IMG/VR virus record: IMGVR_UViG_3300027756_000009
Location: 47-64,046 of that record
Length of the DNA stretch: 64,000 nucleotides
Origin: a virus
Taxonomy: Duplodnaviria; Caudoviricetes
Direction: 5' to 3' (one strand)
This document shows positions 40,245 through 49,514 of the stretch, one piece after another. The notes beneath the pieces were generated by a model. It was not told where the DNA came from. It worked only from the letters and a program-made list of their open reading frames with translations, and searched no databases. Position 1 is the stretch's first letter. Every line of letters starts with the position of its first letter. The position numbers were made by a program, and so were the translations under genes.

Positions 40245-41518
40245 GTCTATGCATGGCACCTTGGGTGCATACCTACCTCAGTCCGCAAACCGAGCGTCGT
40301 ATGTGTTGTGCGTCACGTGAGCCTGCGCAGAATTTCAAACAATACATAGATACTGATGCAGGGTCAGGCAAATATATTCCTATAACATTAGAACAGCACT
40401 GGAATTCACCACACATGCAGAGTGTTCGTCGACGTATGATGGCAGGCGAAATCTTGCCCGAATGCCAAGTGTGCAACAACAAGCTGTTGAATACTGATGT
40501 TTATCGCACATATTTCTGGCAGTTGTTCAAGCACAAGTATCCTGACATATGGGAGACCACAGACGACTCGGGCCACACCACCATGCAACCTGTGAGTTGG
40601 GATTATAGATTTTCAAATTTATGCAATTTCAAATGTAGAACCTGCGGTGACATGCTGAGTTCAAGCTGGGAAAGCGAACAACGTCAACACAACATGACAG
40701 ATTGGTCAAATCCCAAGAACACCTGGATGCAACCCGCAGTGCGACAAGAAATTTCCGCATTTCAAGACAGTCAAGTTGAAGCAGAATTTGCTGCGGCTGT
40801 GGAACAGCATCGTGTTGAAGAAGTGTACTGGGTAGGTGGCGAACCACTCATGTATGAACAACACTGGCGTTACATGAAACGCATAGTTGAATTAGGGGAT
40901 GGACCACGTGTTTATGCTAGATACAATACAAATTTATCCAGAGTGGATTATCGAGGTGTTAATTTATATCGCGATATTCTTGGCGGGCTGCGTGATTGGC
41001 AGATATGTGCAAGCCTCGACGGCACAGGCACAATTGGAGAATACATTAGAACGGGCCTCAACTATGATCAGTGGCTTGACAATTTTGGTCAAGCAGTTGC
41101 GATCCAACATCACAGACGTCAAGTCAGAATTGACTTTACGCTCACTTTGCCCGGAATGTTTGAAGTTACACGTATTAAACAACTTGCCCAAAAATTCGGA
41201 GTTGACGTCCTGGCCAAAGTGATATTTTCATTCACGCCAGACATTGTGATGAGTCCACTGGCCATGCCTAGATCATTGCTCGAGCCCTGGATTGATGAAT
41301 TGGCGTCCGATGTGGATGGAGTCTTGCACGACATGTTGTTGCAATTGAAACAGCGGCCTACATTTGAAGAACAATGGCCAGATCAATATCACAAAGGCAT
41401 TGCAAAAGGCAAGGCTCGTGTGTTACAATTAGAAAACATACGCACCCAGCCCACAACCATGGCAGAAATCCTGGCAGGTCGTCCGGCGGTACTAGAATGG
41501 TGGAATCAAATTGCTTGA
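40241..41518 (+). CDS. radical SAM protein 5
   Basis: CNFKCRTC, VGGEPL; N-terminal CMAPW..MCC..CQVC. Confidence 0.85.
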   Translation: MSLCMAPWVHTYLSPQTERRMCCASREPAQNFKQYIDTDAGSGKYIPITLEQHWNSPHMQSVRRRMMAGEILPECQVCNNKLLNTDVYRTYFWQLFKHKYPDIWETTDDSGHTTMQPVSWDYRFSNLCNFKCRTCGDMLSSSWESEQRQHNMTDWSNPKNTWMQPAVRQEISAFQDSQVEAEFAAAVEQHRVEEVYWVGGEPLMYEQHWRYMKRIVELGDGPRVYARYNTNLSRVDYRGVNLYRDILGGLRDWQICASLDGTGTIGEYIRTGLNYDQWLDNFGQAVAIQHHRRQVRIDFTLTLPGMFEVTRIKQLAQKFGVDVLAKVIFSFTPDIVMSPLAMPRSLLEPWIDELASDVDGVLHDMLLQLKQRPTFEEQWPDQYHKGIAKGKARVLQLENIRTQPTTMAEILAGRPAVLEWWNQIA

Positions 41519-42539
41519 CCAAATTGAAATGACCCTACGAGGGCACAACAGTGAACTAACAGTGTACATAGATGTGGCAGACAACAGTCTCAGCCGCAAA
41601 TGGATCTCAGCACTGAATGACATCATTGCCAATGATTTGCATTTGGAAAAAAATTACTGTTGGCTTGGCTGGACCGAAAGCAAACGCACAGCCGAATACA
41701 TCATTGATCAGATCAACGCCAGTATCTCAGCCATTAACTCAGCCAATTTAGGTTACACAATTCGTGACCATTTCACAGTGACGGATACCATACAGGATGA
41801 TCTTGGCGTCAACCATGCCCGAATGAATTGGTTGCATCGTTACTTTGAAGACCTGCAAGGACAATCGGGTGCCATGAGTCCTTATTGGCTTCAAGCAGAT
41901 GCTGGCACACGCTGGCATATACGCCAACTCAACTTGTTGTGTCATGAATATGAAAGTCTTGTGCTCAGCATGCGTAAAGTCATACAAGCCCCTGAGTGGC
42001 GGCGACCCAGCCAGCTGATGTGCTGGCTCAATGCTCCTAGATTCACACTAGAACCTCAAGATTACGAACTGTTTGGCATTGAGACACTGAATCGAAAAAT
42101 AGGCGGAGTGTATGTGGGCGTGAACAAGGCCGTGAGCAAAACACATTGGGAAGTGTTCAACGATGAAGGCAGCGGCGTAGACCAATTGATAACAACCAGC
42201 CTAAGCAATCAAATTGAAGCTGCTGGAGATTTTGATATTGAGTGGGCTAGAGATCCCGGAGCACATGATTGGCAAATTAAAAAAATTGCAGAATTCCGAG
42301 CCTGGTTAACAAACAATGGATTTGATCCTGACGATAAAAGTTTGACAATCGGGCATCCCAAAGTAGCGCAAGTCAATCTTTCTCGCAGTTTTGGAACCCT
42401 GGACTACAACCGTATTTGGCAACAGCTGGCCGAACATTTGGATGTGTATAAAATTCGAACCAGTTCAGTTGAAGCTACATATAAATATTGCTGGAGCGAT
42501 CCAGACTATGCTGAACAACAAATAAGGAGATTGAAATGA
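41511..42539 (+). CDS. hypothetical protein
   Basis: 342-aa ORF overlapping both neighbours; no motif recognised. Confidence 0.6.
   Translation: MLDQIEMTLRGHNSELTVYIDVADNSLSRKWISALNDIIANDLHLEKNYCWLGWTESKRTAEYIIDQINASISAINSANLGYTIRDHFTVTDTIQDDLGVNHARMNWLHRYFEDLQGQSGAMSPYWLQADAGTRWHIRQLNLLCHEYESLVLSMRKVIQAPEWRRPSQLMCWLNAPRFTLEPQDYELFGIETLNRKIGGVYVGVNKAVSKTHWEVFNDEGSGVDQLITTSLSNQIEAAGDFDIEWARDPGAHDWQIKKIAEFRAWLTNNGFDPDDKSLTIGHPKVAQVNLSRSFGTLDYNRIWQQLAEHLDVYKIRTSSVEATYKYCWSDPDYAEQQIRRLK
42480..42487 (+). promoter_or_regulatory. TATAAATA upstream of peptide-carbamoyltransferase operon
   Basis: In the 3' end of the preceding CDS, about 50 nt before ATG 42536. Confidence 0.45.
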
Positions 42540-42637
42540 ATTGGATACGCAGAATTTGGGATAGAATCACGTTAGAAATACGTTATCGTAAAAAATTAAA
42601 AGAACTTCGCAAACGAGATCCTTTTATCTACAAATGA
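42536..42637 (+). CDS. 33-aa basic peptide upstream of carbamoyltransferase
   Basis: MNWIRRIWDRITLEIRYRKKLKELRKRDPFIYK*; AGGAG SD, ATGA overlaps at both ends, TATAAATA at 42480. Confidence 0.7.
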   Translation: MNWIRRIWDRITLEIRYRKKLKELRKRDPFIYK

Positions 42638-44118
42638 ATATCTTAGGTATCTCAGCTGGCTTTCATGATGCCGCGGCCACAGTGATCAATTCACGAGGTG
42701 ACATTGTATTTGCTGGACATGCAGAACGCTACAGCAAGAAGAAAAATGATGCTGACATCAACCTTGGTCTAATCTTGGACGCATGTGACAAAAATTTTGC
42801 CATCGATCATGTGGCTTACTATGAGACGCCATGGAAAAAACAACTACGTCAATTGTACAGTGGCCAAGGCATAGAGTGGCACAAGTTGACCACAAAACAA
42901 ATACTTGAGCAACAACTCAAAGGATTTTTTTCAAAAGCATCACACAGTTGTTACAGTCACCATCTCTCACATGCAGCCGGAGGTTTTCAAACCAGCCCAT
43001 ATGACCGTGCCACCGTGGTGGTGATTGATGCCATAGGCGAGTGGGATACTATATCAATCTGGGGAGCAGAGTATGATGCATCAGGACAAGCACAGTATCG
43101 ACGACTGTGGGGGCAGCAGTATCCGCACAGCCTGGGTCTCTTTTATAGTGCAATTACTCAGCGTGTGGGCCTACACCCACTAGACGAAGAATATATTACC
43201 ATGGGCATGGCAGCGTATGGCAATGACCATTACCATGATCTCATGGAAGCAGTGCTGATCAGTGACCCGTATAACATAGAATTTAAACAAAACTTGCACA
43301 CAGGTGTTAATGATAAATTCATGGGTGGTGTTGATCATGCGGACATTGCTGCCGCTGCTCAGCGATTGTTAGAACGCCTGATAGGCAATGTCATGCGTAG
43401 AGCTAGAGATTTCAAGTGGTCAACCAATCTTGTGTATCAAGGTGGTGTGGCACTCAACTGTTTGGCCAACAGACAACTAGGGGAATACTTTGATAATGTC
43501 TGGATCATGCCCTGCCCAGGAGATGCTGGGTCAAGCCTGGGTGCGGCTGCCCTTGCGTATGGCAAGCGTCTGCATTGGCACAATGCTTACCTTGGTCACA
43601 ATATTCCCGGTGCTTATCCTGTTGACAATCTTGTGCGCCATCTACTTGATACTGGAATTGCAGGAGTGGCCTCTGGTCGCGCTGAATTTGGTCCCAGAGC
43701 ACTGGGTAACCGGAGTCTCCTGGCTGACCCCCGAGGTGCAGAAATTAAAGACCGAGTGAATGAAATCAAACGCAGACAAAAATTCCGACCTTTTGCCCCT
43801 GTTGTTTTGGCTGAACTGGCTGGCAATTATTTTGATATGCCTAGCGGTTGGCATACTCATGACTTCATGCAGTCAGTAGCTGGCTGTCGTTACCCTGATC
43901 TTTATCCTGCCATATGTCATGTTGATGGCACCAGCCGAGTACAGACTGTGGCGAAGGATGGATCAGGCATAAGAAAGTTGTTGGAAGCATGGTACGCCCA
44001 AACAGGTTGTCCCATGTTGCTCAACACCAGTTTGAACATACGTGGCGAGCCCATGGTCAATGATCGAGCAGATGCTGACCGTTTTGAAACAAGATATGGA
44101 GTAAAGGTATTTTCATGA
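42634..44118 (+). CDS. carbamoyltransferase (NodU/CmcH/TobZ family)
   Basis: ILGISAGFHDAAA, ERYSK.KND, HHLSHAA, DAIGE, GGVALNC, GDAGSSLG, EFGPRALGNRS.LADP, FRPFAP, VDGTSR.QTV, LNTSLN. Confidence 0.92.
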   Translation: MNILGISAGFHDAAATVINSRGDIVFAGHAERYSKKKNDADINLGLILDACDKNFAIDHVAYYETPWKKQLRQLYSGQGIEWHKLTTKQILEQQLKGFFSKASHSCYSHHLSHAAGGFQTSPYDRATVVVIDAIGEWDTISIWGAEYDASGQAQYRRLWGQQYPHSLGLFYSAITQRVGLHPLDEEYITMGMAAYGNDHYHDLMEAVLISDPYNIEFKQNLHTGVNDKFMGGVDHADIAAAAQRLLERLIGNVMRRARDFKWSTNLVYQGGVALNCLANRQLGEYFDNVWIMPCPGDAGSSLGAAALAYGKRLHWHNAYLGHNIPGAYPVDNLVRHLLDTGIAGVASGRAEFGPRALGNRSLLADPRGAEIKDRVNEIKRRQKFRPFAPVVLAELAGNYFDMPSGWHTHDFMQSVAGCRYPDLYPAICHVDGTSRVQTVAKDGSGIRKLLEAWYAQTGCPMLLNTSLNIRGEPMVNDRADADRFETRYGVKVFS

Positions 44119-44915
44119 TTAAATCTACAAAAACTAGATACAGCAACAATTTCAGTTTCTACAGCACTGATGAAATGATTGGACGCAGTCTAGATCTCTA
44201 CGGAGAGTACAGCCAATTTGAACTGGAATTTTTGTTGGCCATGCTGAACGAAAATTCCGTGGTCTACGATATAGGAGCCAACATAGGTTATCACACCACT
44301 GCATTTGCCAGTGTGGCCAAGAAAGTCTATGCATTTGAACCGCATCCTAAAAATTATGCTTTGTTGGAACAAAATACCAAAGACCTTGATCATGTTTTTA
44401 TTGGAAAATATGCAGTGTCCAACACTAATAACACATGTTATATCACGGACTACGATCCAGAAATCACAGGTAATTTTGGCATGGTAAAGGTAACCAATGA
44501 TTTTTCTGGCATTGAAACCACCGCCATTGCCCTAGACACAGCTGGACTGGACTTGCCAGACATGATCAAGATAGATGTAGAAGGCTCTGAACTTCAGGTG
44601 TTGCAAGGATGCAAAAAAATCATACAACAGAAATGTCCAGTGATCTTTTATGAAGCACATGAATCTAATCAACTGCGAGAGATATACGAATTTTTGGAGC
44701 CTTTGGGCTATCGATTTTATTGGGCACAGATCAACAACTACAACCCAAATAACTTTGCCGGCAATGCTGAAAATGTATTTGGAATGTCAGGATTGATGTC
44801 CATCATTGCTTGGCCAAAAGTACTGACAGAATTGCCACTGACACCTGTTACAGGGCCTGATGATAATGATGTCAGTAGATTCTATACCAAAGAGGTAACG
44901 TCAGATGAATTTTGA
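44115..44915 (+). CDS. FkbM family methyltransferase
   Basis: YDIGANIGYHT, YAFEP, IKIDVEGSE..VL.G. Confidence 0.85.
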   Translation: MIKSTKTRYSNNFSFYSTDEMIGRSLDLYGEYSQFELEFLLAMLNENSVVYDIGANIGYHTTAFASVAKKVYAFEPHPKNYALLEQNTKDLDHVFIGKYAVSNTNNTCYITDYDPEITGNFGMVKVTNDFSGIETTAIALDTAGLDLPDMIKIDVEGSELQVLQGCKKIIQQKCPVIFYEAHESNQLREIYEFLEPLGYRFYWAQINNYNPNNFAGNAENVFGMSGLMSIIAWPKVLTELPLTPVTGPDDNDVSRFYTKEVTSDEF

Positions 44916-45534
44916 AAAATTCCAACGCTATAATCAACAGGCCCTGAGCACTGTTTACAGTGAGGTGCCTGGGGGATTTCATGATCAAATCATCCCTGAG
45001 TTTGCCAAACAATTTTTGCCTGAGTTTGATTTGCAACACGAAGCCTGCATCATTGACATAGGATGTGGTCCAGGCTTGTTTGCACAAGCCGCACATAAAT
45101 TGGGCTATCAAGATGTCACAGGAGTCACACTCAGTCCTGACGATGTGGCAGCATGTGAATCAGCAGGTCTCAAAATAACACATGCTGACATGAGTGACTT
45201 GCCCTGGGAGGATAACTCCGTGGATTTTATCTGGTGCAGACATGCCTTGGAACACAGTCCTTATCCGCTGTTTACACTGTATGAATTTCACCGTGTGTTG
45301 AAGCCCGGCGGCCAGGCATTTATTGAAGTACCTGCGCCTGATAATCAACGCACTTGGATGCACGAAAACAACCCCAACCACTACAGTATCTTGGGCAACA
45401 AAATGTGGCAAGGTCTATTCAGCAAGGCCAAATTTGAAACACGGTATCACTGGGTGTACGACACTGATCAACAATTTGCTGAAGGTCTGGTCAAAGAAAT
45501 TTCTTTGCTGTACGGAATCAAAGCCGTCAAATAA
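44905..45534 (+). CDS. class I SAM-dependent methyltransferase
   Basis: IDIGCGPG, DMSDLP..DNSVD.I.CRHALEH, RVLKPGG. Confidence 0.85.
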   Translation: MNFEKFQRYNQQALSTVYSEVPGGFHDQIIPEFAKQFLPEFDLQHEACIIDIGCGPGLFAQAAHKLGYQDVTGVTLSPDDVAACESAGLKITHADMSDLPWEDNSVDFIWCRHALEHSPYPLFTLYEFHRVLKPGGQAFIEVPAPDNQRTWMHENNPNHYSILGNKMWQGLFSKAKFETRYHWVYDTDQQFAEGLVKEISLLYGIKAVK

Positions 45535-45566
45535 TAAAATTACTCCGATTGGTTGTGATACAGCAA

Positions 45567-45574
45567 TATAAATA
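45567..45574 (+). promoter_or_regulatory. TATAAATA upstream of SGNH-like gene
   Basis: In a rare intergenic gap. Confidence 0.55.
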
Positions 45575-45592
45575 TTTCATGCTTATAAAGGT

Positions 45593-46228
45593 ATGTTCAT
45601 GAAAAGAAAAAATCTTTACATCACCGGTGATAGTTTTTGCTTCTACAGGCAGGATATTAATAATCATTGGCCGGCAAAGTTAGCGCAAATGCTAGACCTA
45701 ACGCTTCAAGGACACGGATATCCAGGCTGCGGATGGTGGCCGTCGCGTGTTGATTTATTCAAGTATGCTCAAACAAAACAATTCAAGAAAACCGACATTT
45801 TTGTAATTTGCCATACTGACATATATAGATCTCTGACAGGGAATCCAGGTTGGGCACAGGGGTACAATCAAGACTTGAATGATTTTTATATTAAGTATTT
45901 GTCAGACTACGATTTCAACACATGGTGCAGTATAAACTGGTACAAAGAACTGAATCAACTGCTCAAAGACAAAACAGTTGTGCATCTGCATTGTTTTACT
46001 AGCAATCAAGATGAAAGATCGTACCTTGAAGGAATACACATATCAACAGAGTTAGTGCAACTATCGAAGTTTAGTCAGAACAACGAGTTGTCTAAAATGA
46101 ATCATTCTTGTAATCATTTCACTGACAATGGAAATTTTGTTTTTGCTGAAATGGTTTACAACAGTATTTTGCAAAAGTCTGATCAAGTAAACGAACATGC
46201 ATTTGACCAAGCAGTGTATTATAGATAA
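45593..46228 (+). CDS. SGNH/GDSL-like protein
   Basis: ITGDSF near N-terminus, G.PG.G, NHF near C-terminus; AT-rich; own TATAAATA at 45567. Confidence 0.45.
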   Translation: MFMKRKNLYITGDSFCFYRQDINNHWPAKLAQMLDLTLQGHGYPGCGWWPSRVDLFKYAQTKQFKKTDIFVICHTDIYRSLTGNPGWAQGYNQDLNDFYIKYLSDYDFNTWCSINWYKELNQLLKDKTVVHLHCFTSNQDERSYLEGIHISTELVQLSKFSQNNELSKMNHSCNHFTDNGNFVFAEMVYNSILQKSDQVNEHAFDQAVYYR

Positions 46229-47256
46229 GTTTCTAATCCGCCGCGTCGGCGTATGTCTTGTGTACAGCATGAGATGCCGCCATCCCAGAAATAGCTGTGT
46301 CGCAGTTCACTGATGATAGGTTCTATCCGATGCCGGCGACAATAGTCAAATACTTCTCGGTTGTATGCTGAAAAGATCACATGCGACTCATCCAGCACTA
46401 AACAGTTGACATCAAACACAGTTTCGGCCACAAAACCAATCCATTTGGTCAAGTAGGTGTTCACAAAGTCTGTGAACTCTGGTGTGGGAGTTTGTCCTTG
46501 TACATACCATGCGCCCGGCGATTGTTCGTATTTGAACTTGCCAACTTCCATAGCAGCCCAGATCGAACTATCCCAGATTTTGCAAACGTCCCAGCCAGGG
46601 AAGTCTTTGGCCAAATCCAAGTTGACATCATGTTTGCTTGACAACAACACACCAGGCTTGAGTATAGCAAACACAGCATCACCGTGTCCGTCTGTCACAG
46701 CCTCGTGTACTCTATATTCTGGTCCCAACACATTGTCCACTATCCAGCGTGTTTGATCTGGCCGCAAAAAGTCCGAGTTGTCAAAAAACACATCACGACC
46801 CACACGCACAATGCATGACGCTGATGCTTGATTGAGAATACAATTTTCATCCCAGCCTGTTGGCCCATGCGGATTGATCACTGTGCCACCAGCTTTTTCA
46901 TATTCTACACACAGTGTATCGAGTTCTTGCACAGCCAGCACACGCAACAGTTTGTTGCCCAGTGTGATCTGCCAGTCTCGCGGTGTGAGCGGCGGCAGCG
47001 GCGCACCATTGCCTTTCATTTGATCACGTTGAAAATCATGCTTGTCAGGCAGGTCAGGTCTACGTACTCGAGCACCATAAGTTTCAATGGTCTTTTGCAA
47101 ATTGGTCAAATCTTCTTCGGTCTCAGCAAGAATTTGTTGCAGTTGATTGCGCACCTGCGCATTTTCAATAAAGTCAAAATAGTCTGGCGTGTATGCACGG
47201 CCCACAATGACTTCTTCAAGTGGTTGCCAGCTGGTGTAAGAGTTAATGGGATTCAT
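46219..47256 (-). CDS. amidinotransferase (glycine/inosamine-phosphate amidinotransferase family)
   Basis: NSY..W.PLEEVIVG, PRD, GHGD, F.VN, WDGG.SCCT.D..R: Asp/His/Cys catalytic pattern. Confidence 0.8.
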   Translation of the reverse strand: MNPINSYTSWQPLEEVIVGRAYTPDYFDFIENAQVRNQLQQILAETEEDLTNLQKTIETYGARVRRPDLPDKHDFQRDQMKGNGAPLPPLTPRDWQITLGNKLLRVLAVQELDTLCVEYEKAGGTVINPHGPTGWDENCILNQASASCIVRVGRDVFFDNSDFLRPDQTRWIVDNVLGPEYRVHEAVTDGHGDAVFAILKPGVLLSSKHDVNLDLAKDFPGWDVCKIWDSSIWAAMEVGKFKYEQSPGAWYVQGQTPTPEFTDFVNTYLTKWIGFVAETVFDVNCLVLDESHVIFSAYNREVFDYCRRHRIEPIISELRHSYFWDGGISCCTQDIRRRGGLETYL

Positions 47257-48424
47257 TGATTTCCTTGATTAGGGTATTTAAACGTTCAGTCTTTGACGAC
47301 ACAAATAACTGTTGATTGTGTTCTATGTCAGATCGACACTGTTCGAACAAGGCCGGCAAATTTTGTCGAGCATCATATATGGCCTTTGTGAGCATGATCC
47401 AACGCTGAGTGTGATTGTGTTCGAGATCGTACTGATTGTCCAATATGCCATCAAACACCCGATAACCAAGATCACGCAGAGCCTGTAGACTCCCAGCACC
47501 ACCGGCTATGAAAAACATTTGTCCATGTTTGATGGGTTTGAATGTTTTTTCTGTAACAAAACACCCACCTGACTGATCCACATCAAATTGACTTTCCAAC
47601 ACAATGTTGCAATAACTGTTGACATGATACTTCTCAATCAATCGACTGTGATCGTTTGATTGCTCGAAGTTCAATTCGTCGCTGATGTATGGTGCGCCTT
47701 CTAGGAATTTCTTGCGCTCATATCTCAATCGAGAAATTGCATCTACTTCGATGGGGCAATCATCATCCTCGCCAGACGCAGTCTCGCAATAACTCCAGTA
47801 TGAATTGTCCAACAATCCACTCTGCCACAAGTCGGCCATGGCAGTGGCACGCCACCATTTGTGTATTCTACTCAAACAGGTAAAATCACGTTCTCTTGGT
47901 TGATCATGTGCAGGCAATGCTGTGACCTCAAGATTGCGCTGGTAGTACCATAACTCAAAATCATGAAAGGTCACAAATCCTGGCAATCGATCAGCTGTTG
48001 AATTGGAACTGACAAACACATAGCAATTGGCAGGCATGCTATGAGCCTGACACAATGCATCCAGCCTATTTTTAATACGTTGTGGATTATCACCTTCATG
48101 ATAATAAAACAACAGTCGAAGTTGTTTTTGCTTTAGTTTTTCACCAACTTCGGTGGGCAACAATGCAATATAATTAATATCAAAATCAAAGAATCCCAGA
48201 CAGATGGGGTAGTAAGTGTTGTTAGGCAATTGATCTTCAATTGAAAATATATTAATAGGCACTGAATGTTCTGCACAGTATTCTTGCAGTCGCAATGGTG
48301 TGGTATAGGGCCAGTGTTGGCCAAACTCGCGCCAGCCCGGGGTATAGGGCCAGGCCTCATGACAAGTCAGCGCCGGGTATATTTTGCCTTTGACAGTTTT
48401 GTCAGCGACTAAATTCAATGTCAT
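47243..48424 (-). CDS. TEK-motif protein 3
   Basis: FTCLSR, NIVLES...FVTEKTFKPI..GQ.F..AG..GSL..L..LGY..F....D..YD. Confidence 0.5.
   Translation of the reverse strand: MTLNLVADKTVKGKIYPALTCHEAWPYTPGWREFGQHWPYTTPLRLQEYCAEHSVPINIFSIEDQLPNNTYYPICLGFFDFDINYIALLPTEVGEKLKQKQLRLLFYYHEGDNPQRIKNRLDALCQAHSMPANCYVFVSSNSTADRLPGFVTFHDFELWYYQRNLEVTALPAHDQPRERDFTCLSRIHKWWRATAMADLWQSGLLDNSYWSYCETASGEDDDCPIEVDAISRLRYERKKFLEGAPYISDELNFEQSNDHSRLIEKYHVNSYCNIVLESQFDVDQSGGCFVTEKTFKPIKHGQMFFIAGGAGSLQALRDLGYRVFDGILDNQYDLEHNHTQRWIMLTKAIYDARQNLPALFEQCRSDIEHNQQLFVSSKTERLNTLIKEINESH
47275..47280 (-). promoter_or_regulatory. TAAATA upstream of amidinotransferase
   Basis: Minus strand TTTAAATA followed by AAGGA SD and ATG 47256. 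Confidence 0.45.
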
Positions 48425-49514
48425 TCAACATGTCCTGTAGTTCTTGCCATAACACAGACTCAAAGCCGCCACCGTAAAAATGATCCCAATTGTGTTTGAT
48501 TACTTCTTGTGCTTGATCAAACAAATCTTGCTTGGCCTCTGTGGGCAATTCATCTAAGCTACGCAGCAGACTGGCAATGCGCTCGATGCGTACATCATCT
48601 TCGGCTTGATCATAACTTTCATCCCATATGCCTTCAAACGTTCGGAAGCCATAACTGCGCAGGTATTTCAAACTGCCCTGAGTTCCCACAATCACAAACG
48701 GCATGCCCAGAGCAATTGGTTTGAATGTCTTTTCAGTCAAATGATGTCTACGTCCTGTGGCCACAGTCTCAGTAACCAAGTATAACAAACTTTCAGCAGA
48801 TTCATCAAACAAACTGAGCCAACAACTGTGCATGGGATGATCTGCTTCTCCTGCAAAGTTAATGGGCAATGACTGTTGCGCAAATACAGATTCAATGTCC
48901 GGATACTTTTGATTCAACGATTTGACAGCTTCTAGTATGCTGATATTTTCCGCAGGACACACAGCTGGACAGCTGATGTGATTGTCCAGCATGTTGTTTT
49001 TGAATATATGGTACAACATTTCCAATCTATGCTTGCGTTCACCGGCTATGATGCGATTGGGTGCTATGAATGTTCGGGTAATTGTTCGTTGAGCAGGCGG
49101 AACTATCAAAAACGTTTGATTGTAGCCGCGATACCAGTCCAGTGACGCCCAGCCATGAAAAAAATAATACAGAGGAGTCCAATGGTATTGAGCACAAACT
49201 TGATCCACCGAGTCTGAATCTTTTTCACTGGTCACTAGATAGCCTGGATCGGATTTGGGAAAATTCCAGTGTATGTCTGGATTTCTCCCACGACGAATTT
49301 CCTCAAAGGTAGGCATGTGTATGTTCAAATGAATAGGCTCTTGGTCAAAAAAGAATATATAATTGTGTTCGCAGATGTCATCTATACCTTGGTTCACCAC
49401 ACTGTCGGCATCACTTCTACCAAATGGATCACAATAATAAACTCTCATTCCCGGCCGATGTTGTCGCACCCAGGGCCAAAAAGTATGGTGGTAAATTTCA
49501 TCTATTCTAATCAT
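48402..49514 (-). CDS. TEK-motif protein 4
   Basis: F...NR, YLVTET...LTEKTFKPI..GMPF...G..GSL..L.SYGF.TF...WDESYD. Confidence 0.5.
   Translation of the reverse strand: MIRIDEIYHHTFWPWVRQHRPGMRVYYCDPFGRSDADSVVNQGIDDICEHNYIFFFDQEPIHLNIHMPTFEEIRRGRNPDIHWNFPKSDPGYLVTSEKDSDSVDQVCAQYHWTPLYYFFHGWASLDWYRGYNQTFLIVPPAQRTITRTFIAPNRIIAGERKHRLEMLYHIFKNNMLDNHISCPAVCPAENISILEAVKSLNQKYPDIESVFAQQSLPINFAGEADHPMHSCWLSLFDESAESLLYLVTETVATGRRHHLTEKTFKPIALGMPFVIVGTQGSLKYLRSYGFRTFEGIWDESYDQAEDDVRIERIASLLRSLDELPTEAKQDLFDQAQEVIKHNWDHFYGGGFESVLWQELQDMLNDIEFSR

Noticed and set aside
46219-49514. Site-specific invertible segment
   Set aside because: No inverted repeats found at the ends (only an 8-bp direct TTCTAATC match) and no recombinase in the window.
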